DNA of 64,000 bases, taken from an uncultured Lentisphaerales bacterium. GTDB taxonomy: Bacteria; Verrucomicrobiota; Lentisphaeria; JABSQK01; UBA12247. Every line of letters begins with the position of its first letter. Within the stretch, counting starts at the first letter, position 1. The stretch is taken from positions 1 through 64,000 of the forward strand of contig CALSSJ010000007.1 of NCBI GenBank assembly GCA_943788985.1, written 5' to 3'. Shown here in pieces: positions 9,828 to 20,302 of the stretch. Below the pieces are notes generated by a model. That model saw only the letters and a program-made list of their open reading frames with translations. It had not been told where the DNA came from and did no database searches. The translations under genes and the position numbers were made by a program.

Positions 9828-10079
9828 ATGGCCAGGAACTTATGAGCGAAAGCCAAGACTGAGTACCCCGCCTCCCGCTTTGCTCTTGTCGCGATAGCTG
9901 AATCACGATCGAGTCAAAATGGACAGGCCGGATCGCCGCGTTAAGCGAGTAATCTTGCCTGCATCATTTCCTTTTTCTTCCGTCCTGTAACTGACTTAAG
10001 TGGGAGCGCCGCAACTTGCGATCTCCGCAATCGTAACAGAGACAGAATACAAGAGTCGAGTCACTACGGAGGTAGCAGG

Positions 10080-10873
10080 ATGAACGGTCAGTGGAGAATA
10101 TGGGCGATGCTATTTGGCTTGGCTGCAATGCTCTGGGTACGCACTCGGAAGAACCGCGCTTGGGCCCCATAAGTCGCGTGTGCATTGGCCCTTGTGACGC
10201 TCGGCCTAGCGGGTACCCAACTCTATCACGCAACCACGCCCGGCGGCACACACAACTCTAGCTTCCAATTCTATCATCGGGCCTCATACTCACAGCTGGG
10301 GCCTAAACTGCAGAGCTATTTCCGAGACGGCGAATTGCAATCATCATGCTTGGCCGGGAGTATGGCCAGTCGCATTGGAATGAAACCACCTTGAGCTCCC
10401 GTAGGCAAGGCATTGGGGACCAAGCAGAGGCCGTCGCTGTGGAATCAGTGCCTGCTTCGCTCGAAGAGCACTACTTATGTCTTTCGGATGACCACATCCT
10501 GGCGGTCGCCAATCAGCCCCACGTCATTGTCTTCTGCCTGCCCTTGCCCGAGGCCCCTCGAGAACTGGCATACCTGACCGAAGGTGTTGGGCCAGATGGT
10601 GGCCTCAAGCTCATTCTCCCGCTTTCGCCGGTCCTCAGTCTCGGCAACCTGTTGGCAGTCGGATAGATCGACAGCGCTCTGTGTCACAAGCCGGGCTTCC
10701 AGTATCAGCTCAATGCCTTGATTCCTGCTGGCCATGCCACAGACTTTACCGAGGCGTTTCTCATTGTGCACCCAGACAATGTCAGGGACATCGCGACTGA
10801 GCGGCCATCTCTGCTCTCGCCCCTCACAATCGACCAGACCTTCCTCGAGCAACTGAGAGCGGAGTCAGAATAG
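10080..10873 (+). pseudogene. decayed membrane-anchored exported protein gene
   Basis: GGAGG RBS and ATG 10080; in-frame TAA 10170-10172; frame change near 10340-10390; in-frame TAG 10664-10666; protein-like reading continues to TAG 10873. Confidence 0.55.
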
Positions 10874-11311
10874 TCCAATTGCGGCCAGCTGGTGTTTCCT
10901 CTATGTTCTCTCAAGGCAGTTCACCGCCCCCACCATGGATCGGCTCGAGCTGGCCCAGAAACCCTGTGACGCGATCCCACTGTCAGCCTAAATCAAGGGC
11001 GAGAGCCGCCACGCGCCTTAGCACCGTCTGACTCCAAAGATCGTTCACAGACGCCCTAGCCGAGCCTATCCGCCTGCCCGAGTTACTTGGTTAGCCGCTC
11101 AGCTACTCGGTGGGCCAGTTTTAACCGGCCCCACGGCAGGCGCCACGCGGGGCGGGAGCGCGCCTAATGGGCAGGACTCGGTGACTTGATGACTTGGTGA
11201 CGCTCGATAACATCATGACTGGGCTGACGCCGTGGCTACGACTGCTGGTCGGGAGTCATGGCGTTCCCAAACCAACAGGTCCCATTCGATCACGCCGCAA
11301 GGCGTCAGTGC

Positions 11312-12238
11312 TCAACTGAGCTGCGCTAAGTCCTCGTCGCTAAGCCGCAAGTCGGCCGCGGCCAGATTCTCATCGAGCTGCTCGACTGTGCTCGCGGAGT
11401 ACAATGGGATCACTGGCGCTGGGCGCTGTTGCAGCCAAGCGAGTACGACCTGACCCGGTGTCACCCCGTGTGCTTTTGCGATCTTCGCAAGCACCGTCAG
11501 GCGCCCTTGGTTCTCCGGGGTCTTGTACGGCTTCGGAATCGCTCGGTCGGGGCGCTGATAGGCCCCTTTCAATAAGGGCGAGTAGGCGACGCGGGTCACG
11601 CCGATTGCGGACTCCGCATCATCATGTTCCTCGTTGGCTGGTGGCCAGGGGTGGTAGCTGCGACCGCGGACTGGGCGCAGATACGTGTACTTGCTCTGGT
11701 GCGCGCAGAGTGCCTCTCCGGCACGGTCAGCCACCAACGCCAGGCGCCACGCCGCGAAGTTACTGATACCAAGGTGCAGAATCTTCCCCTCGCTGCGCAG
11801 CTGCTGCAAGGCGCCGAGCCACTCCGCGATCGGCACCTCGCGGTCATCTAGATGCGCGTAATACAAATCTATGTGCGAAGTTCGTAATCGTTTAAGGCTC
11901 GCTTCGCACTGCGCGCGAATCCACTCGGGGCGCAGCCCTTGGGGAATCCCCGGCGTGTCAGCGGAAGGTTTACAGCCAAAGCCAACCTTGGTGGCCAGCA
12001 CCACGTTGTCCCGCTCTTGGTTCTCGGCAAGCCAGCTTCCGACCCTGCCCTCGCTATCGCCTGCACGCCCATCTTGGACCCACCCCGCATAGACATTAGC
12101 CGTGTCTAGGAAGGTGCCCCCAGCATCGCGAAAACGCGTCAGCAACGCGGCAGCGTGCGGCGCAGTTCCGAAATACATGGTGCCGAGACAGTGCGCGCTG
12201 ACCTTTGGACCGGTGATCCCTAATTGAAGTGATTGCAT
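11312..12238 (-). CDS. aldo/keto reductase
   Basis: CLGTMYFG, FLDTANVY, LATKVG, SLKRLRTSHIDLYYAH, LGISNF, AYSPL. Confidence 0.92.
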   Translation of the reverse strand: MQSLQLGITGPKVSAHCLGTMYFGTAPHAAALLTRFRDAGGTFLDTANVYAGWVQDGRAGDSEGRVGSWLAENQERDNVVLATKVGFGCKPSADTPGIPQGLRPEWIRAQCEASLKRLRTSHIDLYYAHLDDREVPIAEWLGALQQLRSEGKILHLGISNFAAWRLALVADRAGEALCAHQSKYTYLRPVRGRSYHPWPPANEEHDDAESAIGVTRVAYSPLLKGAYQRPDRAIPKPYKTPENQGRLTVLAKIAKAHGVTPGQVVLAWLQQRPAPVIPLYSASTVEQLDENLAAADLRLSDEDLAQLS

Positions 12239-12331
12239 CACGATCGCGACAAACTCCGGCATTTGTACTTGATATCTTGTTCCCGTAACAAACATTAGCC
12301 GCTTTCGTAACACACTGCGCATTGTAGGCCT

Positions 12332-13207
12332 ATGAAACCTTTCCTCTTCTGTTTTTTCTTGATCTCCTTGCTGGGATCAGTAGCCGTGGCGAGTACGCCA
12401 ACCTTGACCGCAGCCGACATCGATGCGGAGATTTCTGCCGCTGAGCGCCAAGTCGAGCAACTGCGCGCGCAATTCACCAACGCTCTGAACCAGGAAGGCG
12501 CAACGATCGAGAAACTGCTCGAGCCGGGAGCGGATGGCAAAGCCATCGCTGCCGAGTTGGACCAAATTCGGGCGCGAGCAGACAAACTGCAGGAAGGCTT
12601 ACGTCTGGCAGAGAAGAATGTCGCCGAAGTGAAGAAGGGGCGCAAGAAGCGAATTGCCTCGGCCTTGGAGCTCGAACGACGCAAGGCAGATGCCAAAGCC
12701 CGCGCGGAAACTGAGCGGCTCGAGCAGGTTCAAGCACAGCGCAAACGTGAGGAAGCAATCGCCAAGTCTCGGCGCATGAAGCAGGAAGAAGCGGTGCGCG
12801 CAAACACCAAACGCCACAACACCAAGATCTCAGACAAGGCACTTCGCGAGGCCGCGATCAAGAAACGGGTCCATGAGCTTCAGCAGGCTGCTCAAGCCAA
12901 GGCGGAGAAAGCCGCAGCCAAGCGCCGCGGCAAGGCCAAAAAGGAAGTGGCTAAGGTGGGTAAGGTTCGTAAGAAAGTCGACGCACAGCGCGATGCCCGT
13001 GAGGCAGAGCGCGCGGCCAAGCGTAAGCAAAAGGAAGATGTAAAAACAGCCAATGAAATGCGCAAGGATGCGGAGGCACAGATGAGTCGTCAGAACTCAT
13101 CCGCCGCGAAGGTTGCGGCTCAGAAGCTTCGGGAAGCAGAAGCCAGCATGAAAGCTGGCGAGCAAAAGGCCCCGGAGAAAAAGAAGAGTTTCTGGAAACT
13201 CTGGTAG
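12332..13207 (+). CDS. secreted Lys/Ala/Glu-rich coiled-coil protein
   Basis: Signal peptide MKPFLFCFFLISLLGSVAVA; long charged helical region; ends KKSFWKLW. Confidence 0.75.
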   Translation: MKPFLFCFFLISLLGSVAVASTPTLTAADIDAEISAAERQVEQLRAQFTNALNQEGATIEKLLEPGADGKAIAAELDQIRARADKLQEGLRLAEKNVAEVKKGRKKRIASALELERRKADAKARAETERLEQVQAQRKREEAIAKSRRMKQEEAVRANTKRHNTKISDKALREAAIKKRVHELQQAAQAKAEKAAAKRRGKAKKEVAKVGKVRKKVDAQRDAREAERAAKRKQKEDVKTANEMRKDAEAQMSRQNSSAAKVAAQKLREAEASMKAGEQKAPEKKKSFWKLW

Positions 13208-13223
13208 CCCTGCGGGCATGTTC

Positions 13224-13843
13224 TCAGTGGTCTAAGCGCTTCGAACGTTGTCTGGCCTTCGCCAGATCAGGACGCTTTCTGAAAAGCAAGTCCCGCCTCA
13301 GCAGATACTGAGTGGAACAGTAGCCCTCGAGCAGAATCATGCGGAGTCGTGATGCCCCTTCGTAGGCGCTCTCCCCGGCGGAAGTCGTCGCCCGAAGATC
13401 ATCGTGCTGAGCTTTCGGCATCACCCGCGGCAGATGAATCGGCTCAGACACAATCACCGCGGTTTCGAACCGGTGCAATGCCATCGCTCAGAGTCGAGCT
13501 CGACGTATAGATTCTCCGCGGGCACGCCGTGATTGTGCAACCACCGAGCTGCGGTCTCGGCACAGGTGTACGGCTCATCCGGCGTGTGGTCCCCTGTCGT
13601 AATCATGGCTTTGACTAGCCCTTGATCGTAGAGGCTTTTCGCGTACTTGACCCGACGCTCGAAATCCGGCGTGAGCTTCCCCTTTCGGGTTGCCGCTCCC
13701 AAGACGATGACGCAGTCGCTGACGACAGGAGGAGCCGGCACGTAAAAGTGCCTGCGGAGACACCAGTAGGCCGATGTTGCGATCAGCATGCTCGCCGAGA
13801 CTAGGATCAACCAGCCATGGCAAAATACCCGCTTGCATCGCAT
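13224..13843 (-). pseudogene. YdcF/DUF218 (SanA-like) protein, split
   Basis: DCVIVLGA..RRVKYAKSLY..ITTG..GVPAENLYVE in one frame; VIVSEPIHLPRV in another frame; break near 13484. Confidence 0.7.
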
Positions 13844-13848
13844 GCGCC

Positions 13849-15486
13849 CTACTCAGTGGGTGTTTGAAGAATCAGCTCGTGCTGCTCCACGTACTCAGCC
13901 AGCGGTTGCCCGGTAAAGTCCACGTGCCCATCCAGAAAAAGTACATTTACCCCTGCTCCGTGGCTGCCCGGGACATCGTGGGCGATGATCACCTTTCCTG
14001 GAAACTCCACGTCCATTTCCACGCCAACTCCCGCATAAACGTACCCCTGCTTACTTCTCGGGCAGGTCACCGCTCCGCCATCCAAGTAGGGCTTTAAGCT
14101 GCTGAGGTCCCTGGGCAGCGTGGAATTGTTATCCAACGCAAACATCTGTACAGCCACGCCAAGTTGCTTTAGGTGTCCCTGGCAGACGGCTCGGCTCGAA
14201 CTCTTGTCCGCTTGGCCTATCGCTGGCACAACGGTCGCTGCTACGATGCCAAACGGCACCATGGCGAGCCGCCCAACCGCAGCGGCGGCCAAATTCTGGT
14301 CGGCGATGACCGTACTCACGTAGAGGTCATCACGCACCTCGTTGATCCCGTACATCTGCGGAAAGGTTCCCCACGTAGCCATACTCTTCCCGACCATTCC
14401 CATGCCGCGCTTGCCCGCCTGTGATGCATAGACGGAAAAGATAATCTTCTTGTACTCCTTCCCAAATCGCTCGCTGAGAAATGAGAGCCCGACAGCAGGT
14501 GTCGGCGGTAGATGCGCTGCCAGCATCTGGAATTCCGGTGCCTCCTTCAGCCCTGGCTTGTCGCCTCGCTTCACGGCCAGAGCATTGGTCAGCAATGGTT
14601 CGTTTGAGGCAACGAACAGCAGACCGTTTCCGTAGGCAAAGGTAGGCTTCAGAGCAATGGGCAACGGCATTGGAAAGTTCACTGACCGTATCTCAAAGCC
14701 ATCGACCGCTGACTTCTCGACCTTTGGCGCGTCCTTCAGGACTGTTTCCAGGTACTCAAAGATCGTGCCGTCCTCCACACTCAGCACGAGCATGAACTCG
14801 ATAGCGGGAATCTCCATTTTTGGGGCGCCACGACCTGCCTTCCATTCGGTTACTTTCGATGCATCAATCGTCAGGCATATGCCCTGGTTAAGGTTTGCGG
14901 AGCGAACCATCGCCTCCACGTCGACCCCCTTCACTTTGAGATCCTTCATCGCCGTCTCGAAGCTCTCATTCTGCTCGGCAAGCAGCGGATTTTCCAGGAT
15001 CTCAATCACCCAATCCCAGACCTTTCCGAGATCTGCGGTGCCAAAGGAAGCGACGACAGCATCCTGTGGCACATAATCCAGCAAGTCCTGCGCCCTAGCA
15101 TCCGGCGCCAGGCTCCACAGCCGCGAGGGCTCCGCATCCAAGTTGCGGGCGATGACATATCGGTGGCGAAAGAGCTCATCGACCTTCACGACACTTCCGC
15201 CAAACGCACCAAGATCGCGCAAGCCCATGTCCCCCACCACGTCCAGAGCCAGCTTGATGCCCCCCTCCACATCCTCGCGCATGTCCTCTTGCTGCACAGT
15301 CATAGCCAATCCGAGGGAACTGACCGCCTCGGAGAAGGCCTCGTACCATTTTTCGGCGCTCATATACAGATAGAACTCACCACCTGGATCGAGCTCGTTG
15401 GTCACGCGTTGATACGGGGTTTCTGCCGTGCAGACCGAAGCAGCTACGATGAAACAGAGAAGAGAGAGATGGGCTAGGTGTCGCAT
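13849..15486 (-). CDS. exported protein with C-terminal pilin-like / H-X9-DG module
   Basis: Signal peptide; C-terminal GIVAATVVPAIGQA..RAVCQGHLKQLGVAVQMF and HGAGVNVLFLDGH. Confidence 0.8.
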   Translation of the reverse strand: MRHLAHLSLLCFIVAASVCTAETPYQRVTNELDPGGEFYLYMSAEKWYEAFSEAVSSLGLAMTVQQEDMREDVEGGIKLALDVVGDMGLRDLGAFGGSVVKVDELFRHRYVIARNLDAEPSRLWSLAPDARAQDLLDYVPQDAVVASFGTADLGKVWDWVIEILENPLLAEQNESFETAMKDLKVKGVDVEAMVRSANLNQGICLTIDASKVTEWKAGRGAPKMEIPAIEFMLVLSVEDGTIFEYLETVLKDAPKVEKSAVDGFEIRSVNFPMPLPIALKPTFAYGNGLLFVASNEPLLTNALAVKRGDKPGLKEAPEFQMLAAHLPPTPAVGLSFLSERFGKEYKKIIFSVYASQAGKRGMGMVGKSMATWGTFPQMYGINEVRDDLYVSTVIADQNLAAAAVGRLAMVPFGIVAATVVPAIGQADKSSSRAVCQGHLKQLGVAVQMFALDNNSTLPRDLSSLKPYLDGGAVTCPRSKQGYVYAGVGVEMDVEFPGKVIIAHDVPGSHGAGVNVLFLDGHVDFTGQPLAEYVEQHELILQTPTE

Positions 15487-15584
15487 GACGCGCTCCGCAA
15501 GGCAGCGGTTGTCTGGCCAATGTGGTCGATGTTCTACCAAAACGCTAGCTCCCGCCGTCAAATCCGCCCTGCTGATACAGGCTG

Positions 15585-16274
15585 CTACAGAGCGCTCCAA
15601 CGCAGCGCCTTGACTGGCACGTGAAACCAGTGGTTGTCCGTGGGCAGGGCCACGCGAATCACACGCCCTGCCTCTGGGTCGGCAGCAGTCCACGCACCGT
15701 CCCCCAGATAAATCATGACGTGTACGCCATCTTGGGTGATAGCGAGGTCACCAGGTAGTAACTCAGCGCTCTCCTGCAGGGCAGCGACATTCTCTGCAGA
15801 CGCCAGCGCGACCGTCAGCCCTCGATAGCCGTCCCGCAAGGCACGAGCAGTACAGTCATTCCACCAGAGTGATGCAGCGCTCCGGAGGCAGGTACCATTC
15901 ACCGTCTGCATCCCGGTGAGAAACTGCCCGACAATGAACCCCTGCCGAGCCAGGCCAGAGCAATCGATGCCCAGCATATTTTCGCCGCCCCAGACGTAGC
16001 GGGCATGGCCGTGCAACTGCAGGGCGCTCAGATAATTGCGCCGCAAGGCCTCCTGATTCACGGTCCGCCCAGGCAAAGCCAGCAGCAGCAGACACACTGC
16101 GCCTAGACCAAGCAGGCCGAGCCTGAGCCGGCGCCGTTCCCAGCCAAGGTGCAGGAGAATCAAAAAGACCAGCACAGCGCCGGATAGAGTCAGCATTCGC
16201 GTAATTCCAGTCTGGACCGGAAACAACAGCAGCAGCACCCACAGCAGCACAGTCCAAGTCGCAAACTTCTTCAC
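15585..16274 (-). CDS. membrane-anchored NlpC/P60 family peptidase
   Basis: N-terminal TMs; YVWGGE..GIDCSGL, PGDL, HVMIYLGDG. Confidence 0.85.
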   Translation of the reverse strand: MKKFATWTVLLWVLLLLFPVQTGITRMLTLSGAVLVFLILLHLGWERRRLRLGLLGLGAVCLLLLALPGRTVNQEALRRNYLSALQLHGHARYVWGGENMLGIDCSGLARQGFIVGQFLTGMQTVNGTCLRSAASLWWNDCTARALRDGYRGLTVALASAENVAALQESAELLPGDLAITQDGVHVMIYLGDGAWTAADPEAGRVIRVALPTDNHWFHVPVKALRWSAL

Positions 16275-17047
16275 TCCGCGGCCTTCAGCCGAGCCGTCAC
16301 TGGTTCGTGCTGGTTGGCGACATGGACCGTGAGATGCGCCGGAAGGAGCTCCTTGGCCATAGCCTCGACCAACGCAGGATCGTTACATTCATCACTAAGA
16401 TGGGTGAAAATCACATGCTGCGTCTTGGCCGTTGCCGACTCCGCAACACAGGTCAGCGATGTCTGATTGTCGAGATGCCCGCGCTTGCTGCGGATTCGGT
16501 GAATCACCCGCGGTGGCCGCTTGCAGCGCTGCAGCAGATCGGGGTCGTAGTTCGACTCAAGTAGAATCACGTCAGCGCCACTGAGCTTGCGCGGCACCAG
16601 CTTCCCCAGATAGCCAAGGTCGGTGGCAAGCGCGACGGTAGCCCCATTACAGCCCAGGCGATAACCGACAGGATCTACCGCATCGTGACATACCGAGAAA
16701 GGGTCCACACGGAATGCTCCGATGGTGAACTCGACCCCATTCGGGAAAATGTGAACCTCGTTCGGTGCTTTCTTCAGAACGTGCAGCCTCTCAGCCGTGA
16801 GCGCGTTCATATACGCAGGCAACTCGTGTCGATCCGCGAAGACCCGCAAACCACGCACGTGGTCCTCGTGCTCGTGCGTAATGAGGATGCCAGTAATACC
16901 GGCTACCGCCAGATCTGCAGCTGTCAGGCGCCGCTCTGTCTCTTTGGCCGAGAAGCCGATGTCGACCAACAGCAACTGATCATCACAACGCAGCACGACA
17001 AGGTTTCCGGCGCTACCGCTACCGAGGACATGGACTTCGGTCTTCAT
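16271..17047 (-). CDS. MBL-fold metallo-hydrolase (YycJ/WalJ-like)
   Basis: LGSGSAGN, THEHEDH, HDAVDP, ATDLG, ESNYD, GHLDN, HLS. Confidence 0.9.
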   Translation of the reverse strand: MKTEVHVLGSGSAGNLVVLRCDDQLLLVDIGFSAKETERRLTAADLAVAGITGILITHEHEDHVRGLRVFADRHELPAYMNALTAERLHVLKKAPNEVHIFPNGVEFTIGAFRVDPFSVCHDAVDPVGYRLGCNGATVALATDLGYLGKLVPRKLSGADVILLESNYDPDLLQRCKRPPRVIHRIRSKRGHLDNQTSLTCVAESATAKTQHVIFTHLSDECNDPALVEAMAKELLPAHLTVHVANQHEPVTARLKAAE

Positions 17048-19287
17048 AAGCGCTGGAGGCGATCAGCGAGCAGGCTGAAACGCGGGGTCACGCGGGCATT
17101 GTCAACAGCTTGTGCCAGCGCCTTTGGCGAGCCGATCAGGATCAGCAGACGTCTGGCTCGAGTCATGGCGGTGTACAGCAGCTTACGCCGTAACATCACA
17201 TAGTGCGCCATCAAAATTGGCACGACCACCGCCGGAAACTCGCTACCCTGTGACTTGTGAATCGTGGTGGCATAGGCCAGTTGCAGTTGGTCAGCCTCCT
17301 CCCAGGCGTAGGTCGCCGCGTGACCTTCGTAGGAAACCGTCAGCTGCTTGAGTTCCGGGCGAACTTCGATGATGTGGCCGATGTCTCCGTTGAAGACGTG
17401 TAAATCATAATTGTTCGAACGCTGCATCACCTTATCTCCAAGTCGGAAGCGCGTTTCGCCGAAGGGCACAAAAATCTGCCCCTCTCGGTGCGGATTCAGT
17501 AACCCCTGCAAGTGCTGGTTGATCCGGCTGACGCCGACGTCTCCGCGGTTCATCGGACTCAGAACCTGAATGTCACGCTCGGCGACCATGCCGAAGCGCT
17601 GCGGAATCCGATCGCGCACCATGGTCCCGATCAAGGAAACCACTTGCTGCGGGTCTTCCTGTTCGACCCAATAGTAGTCGAGCAATTCCGGTCCCTCGAC
17701 CGGGCGCGTGTAGGGAAGCTTCCCCTCATTGACGCGATGTGCGTTGCGCACGATCAGGCTTCCAGCCCCTTGCCGATAGACGCGCTTGAGCTCGGTTACG
17801 GCAAAGCGATCACAGCGGATCAGGTCGCGCAGCACGGAGCCGGGGCCAACCGATGGCAGCTGGTCGCGATCGCCGACCAGCACGACGTGAATCCCGGGGC
17901 TTATGGCTGCGAACAGCGCCACCGCTAACGGCAGGTCCAGCATCGAGACCTCGTCCACGATCAGCAAATCTGCGGGAAGGGGATTCTCGGCATTGTGCGA
18001 AAAGCCCATGATCTCGGGATCCCAGCGCAACAGGCGGTGGATGGTCTGCGCGTCCTTGCCGCTCGACTCTGCGAGGCGCTTGGCCGCGCGGCCGGTCGGT
18101 GCGCACAGACTGATGCGTAGCGACAGCTCTCTCGCCGCCTGTACGATGGTGCGAGTCACGGTGGTCTTGCCCACGCCTGGGCCACCCGTGATGATGGACA
18201 GGGAGTGAGAAAATGCTGCAGAGACCGCATCCTGTTGCTCCTCGTTCAGCCGCTGCCAGCTCTGTGACTCTACCCGGGGCGCTCCCCCCACGCCCTCAAG
18301 CTGCGGCCCAGGTAGAAAGCACCCCAGCATTCGTACCAGCGCCTGTTCCGCCTCATGGAGCCGGGCTGGAAAAACCAGTGGCTCGTCGCCGCCATCATCA
18401 CTGACCACTGCAGCACCGTCCGCGACAGCTCGTTCAATCCCAAGCTGGACCTTGTCCTCACCGACCTCCAGCATGGCCGCGGCTCGCTCCTCAAGCAGGC
18501 TTATGGGCACGCACGTGTGCCCCTGCTGTTGTGCGAACTCCGCAAGAACGTGCGCGACACCAGCACCCAGCCGAAACGGATTGTCCGCCTCGATATCCAA
18601 GTGGCGCGCGACCACATCCGCCATACGAAACCCAATACCGCGGACATCCGCAGCCAGCCGATACGGATTCTCAGCGATGCGCGTGGGCGCCGCCTCGCCG
18701 TAGACCTTAATCACCCGATTTGCGTAAGCCTTGGACAGCCCGATCCCTTGGAGGTGGGAGAGCAACTCACGTTGGCCGCTCTGCGCATGCCACGCTTCCC
18801 GGATCTTGTGAATCTTGTTCTTCCCCAGACCGGGTACCTCCGAGAGGCGCCCGGAAAACTGATCGAGTACACGGAAGGTATCGGTCCCGAACTGGGCGAC
18901 GATTCTCTCGGCCATCTTCGGGCCCACTCCAGGCAGGACACCGCCAGCCAAGTAGCGCTGCATTCCCTCGGTGGTCTGCGGTAGCACCACACGCAAGTCC
19001 GCCACGCGCAGTTGCTCGCCATAGGCGCGGTGTCTCTCTCGTTTCCCCCGTGCTGCCACGTGCTGCCCAACCTGCAAGTCGGCGACCGCACCAATCAACA
19101 CATGTTCGGTGTCGTCCGAATCGACCACGCGCACGACCGCGTACTCGCCATCTTCGCTCGCATAGACCAGCGCGACCACTTCCCCGCGTACGCCGTGCTC
19201 CAGGGGAGATTCTGCGGCTTGGCTAAGCGGCAGCTCGCCCTGCTCATCCGGGCTCACGGAGTCCCCGGCCGCAGTTCCTGCCGCCAA
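17044..19287 (-). CDS. recD2: ATP-dependent RecD2-like helicase
   Basis: HhH GVGPKMA; GGPGVGKT; APTGRAAKRL; IVDEVSM; GDRDQLPSVGPG; YATTIHKSQGSE; YTAMTRA; start uncertain. Confidence 0.93.
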   Translation of the reverse strand: MAAGTAAGDSVSPDEQGELPLSQAAESPLEHGVRGEVVALVYASEDGEYAVVRVVDSDDTEHVLIGAVADLQVGQHVAARGKRERHRAYGEQLRVADLRVVLPQTTEGMQRYLAGGVLPGVGPKMAERIVAQFGTDTFRVLDQFSGRLSEVPGLGKNKIHKIREAWHAQSGQRELLSHLQGIGLSKAYANRVIKVYGEAAPTRIAENPYRLAADVRGIGFRMADVVARHLDIEADNPFRLGAGVAHVLAEFAQQQGHTCVPISLLEERAAAMLEVGEDKVQLGIERAVADGAAVVSDDGGDEPLVFPARLHEAEQALVRMLGCFLPGPQLEGVGGAPRVESQSWQRLNEEQQDAVSAAFSHSLSIITGGPGVGKTTVTRTIVQAARELSLRISLCAPTGRAAKRLAESSGKDAQTIHRLLRWDPEIMGFSHNAENPLPADLLIVDEVSMLDLPLAVALFAAISPGIHVVLVGDRDQLPSVGPGSVLRDLIRCDRFAVTELKRVYRQGAGSLIVRNAHRVNEGKLPYTRPVEGPELLDYYWVEQEDPQQVVSLIGTMVRDRIPQRFGMVAERDIQVLSPMNRGDVGVSRINQHLQGLLNPHREGQIFVPFGETRFRLGDKVMQRSNNYDLHVFNGDIGHIIEVRPELKQLTVSYEGHAATYAWEEADQLQLAYATTIHKSQGSEFPAVVVPILMAHYVMLRRKLLYTAMTRARRLLILIGSPKALAQAVDNARVTPRFSLLADRLQRL

Positions 19288-19619
19288 TAGGCATCAGTCA
19301 GGAAGGCGGCAAATCTCTCCGCGGGGTAGATCGTTTCGCCCAGCGTAAAGTCCAAAACCACCGGTGGCATGGCCTCGGCATCATAGCGCACTTCCAAGCG
19401 CTCCCAACGATATTTAAGGCCACCAGAGACCCTTACGTAGATTTCGGTCTCCTCACTCACTCTCTCCCAAGACACGTTGTCCAGCAAGTCGCCGTAGGCT
19501 GCCTCTAGGGTCATGCCCTCCTGGAAGCTGTGCGCCTGGATCTCCTCAACCGGCTTCCGGCAGCCAAGCAGGCACAGGCCGAGAGCTACGACTATCCAGA
19601 TGCCGCGGGAATCTCTCAT
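19254..19619 (-). CDS. putative lipoprotein
   Basis: Lipobox-like LLGC; overlaps neighbours in operon. Confidence 0.65.
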   Translation of the reverse strand: MRDSRGIWIVVALGLCLLGCRKPVEEIQAHSFQEGMTLEAAYGDLLDNVSWERVSEETEIYVRVSGGLKYRWERLEVRYDAEAMPPVVLDFTLGETIYPAERFAAFLTDAYWRQELRPGTP

Positions 19620-20302
19620 TGGGCACCCTCCGCAAGCTGTTTTGCCACGCGCTCGCGCAGTGCCGTGATCAACTCGGTACGGTAGGGCAGCTCCTTGAGC
19701 TTGGCATTGACCGCTTTTAAGTCGGTTTCGGCGGTCTCAATACCCCGCAGGACCGCCACGCTCATGTCTCCTGCGTTGAGTCTTGTCCGCAGCTTAGCAA
19801 GCTTTCCAGCCACCGTATTCGCCTGCAATGACAGTGCTTCTCGGAGTCGTTCTGTCTTCTGAAGCTGGGTCAACTCCTGGCTCGCCAGCGCCAGAACCGG
19901 CTGGCTCGGTAACGCACCTTTCAACGCAGCGGCTTCCTGGCTGCGTTCCTGAAGGTTCCGCTTGCTGAGCTCTCCAACTACCCCATCTACGAGCCATTGC
20001 AGCAGTGTGGTGGTCGTGGAGGAGGTGGCGGCGAACCCGAAGGCATCCACGCTGTGGTCTACCGCCCCCGAAATCTCTTTCCAAGAGCCATCCTTGAGAC
20101 GACGTGCCAGTGACCTGAACGGAATAGCCTTCTCCTTCGGAGCCTTGCTCGCAAAGTACTGACAGAGCGTAGCACAGCCGTCCACATCGCCGGTACTCTT
20201 GGCGTAGTCGACCAGCAGTTGAAGCCGGCTGACCAGCGAACGGTCCGCCGCGGTTCCCGCCAGCGCTGCGAAAAGTACGAGTAAACAGCAATAGCGCCTC
20301 AT
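19616..20302 (-). CDS. exported hypothetical protein
   Basis: Signal peptide; 4-nt overlaps with both neighbours. Confidence 0.7.
   Translation of the reverse strand: MRRYCCLLVLFAALAGTAADRSLVSRLQLLVDYAKSTGDVDGCATLCQYFASKAPKEKAIPFRSLARRLKDGSWKEISGAVDHSVDAFGFAATSSTTTTLLQWLVDGVVGELSKRNLQERSQEAAALKGALPSQPVLALASQELTQLQKTERLREALSLQANTVAGKLAKLRTRLNAGDMSVAVLRGIETAETDLKAVNAKLKELPYRTELITALRERVAKQLAEGAQ

Noticed and set aside
10170..10666. Stop-codon recoding to explain in-frame stops
   Set aside because: TAA, TAG and TGA all terminate intact genes in this window; pseudogenisation is simpler
9520..11310. CRISPR array or intact IS in the long intergenic region
   Set aside because: No regularly spaced repeats and no transposase motifs
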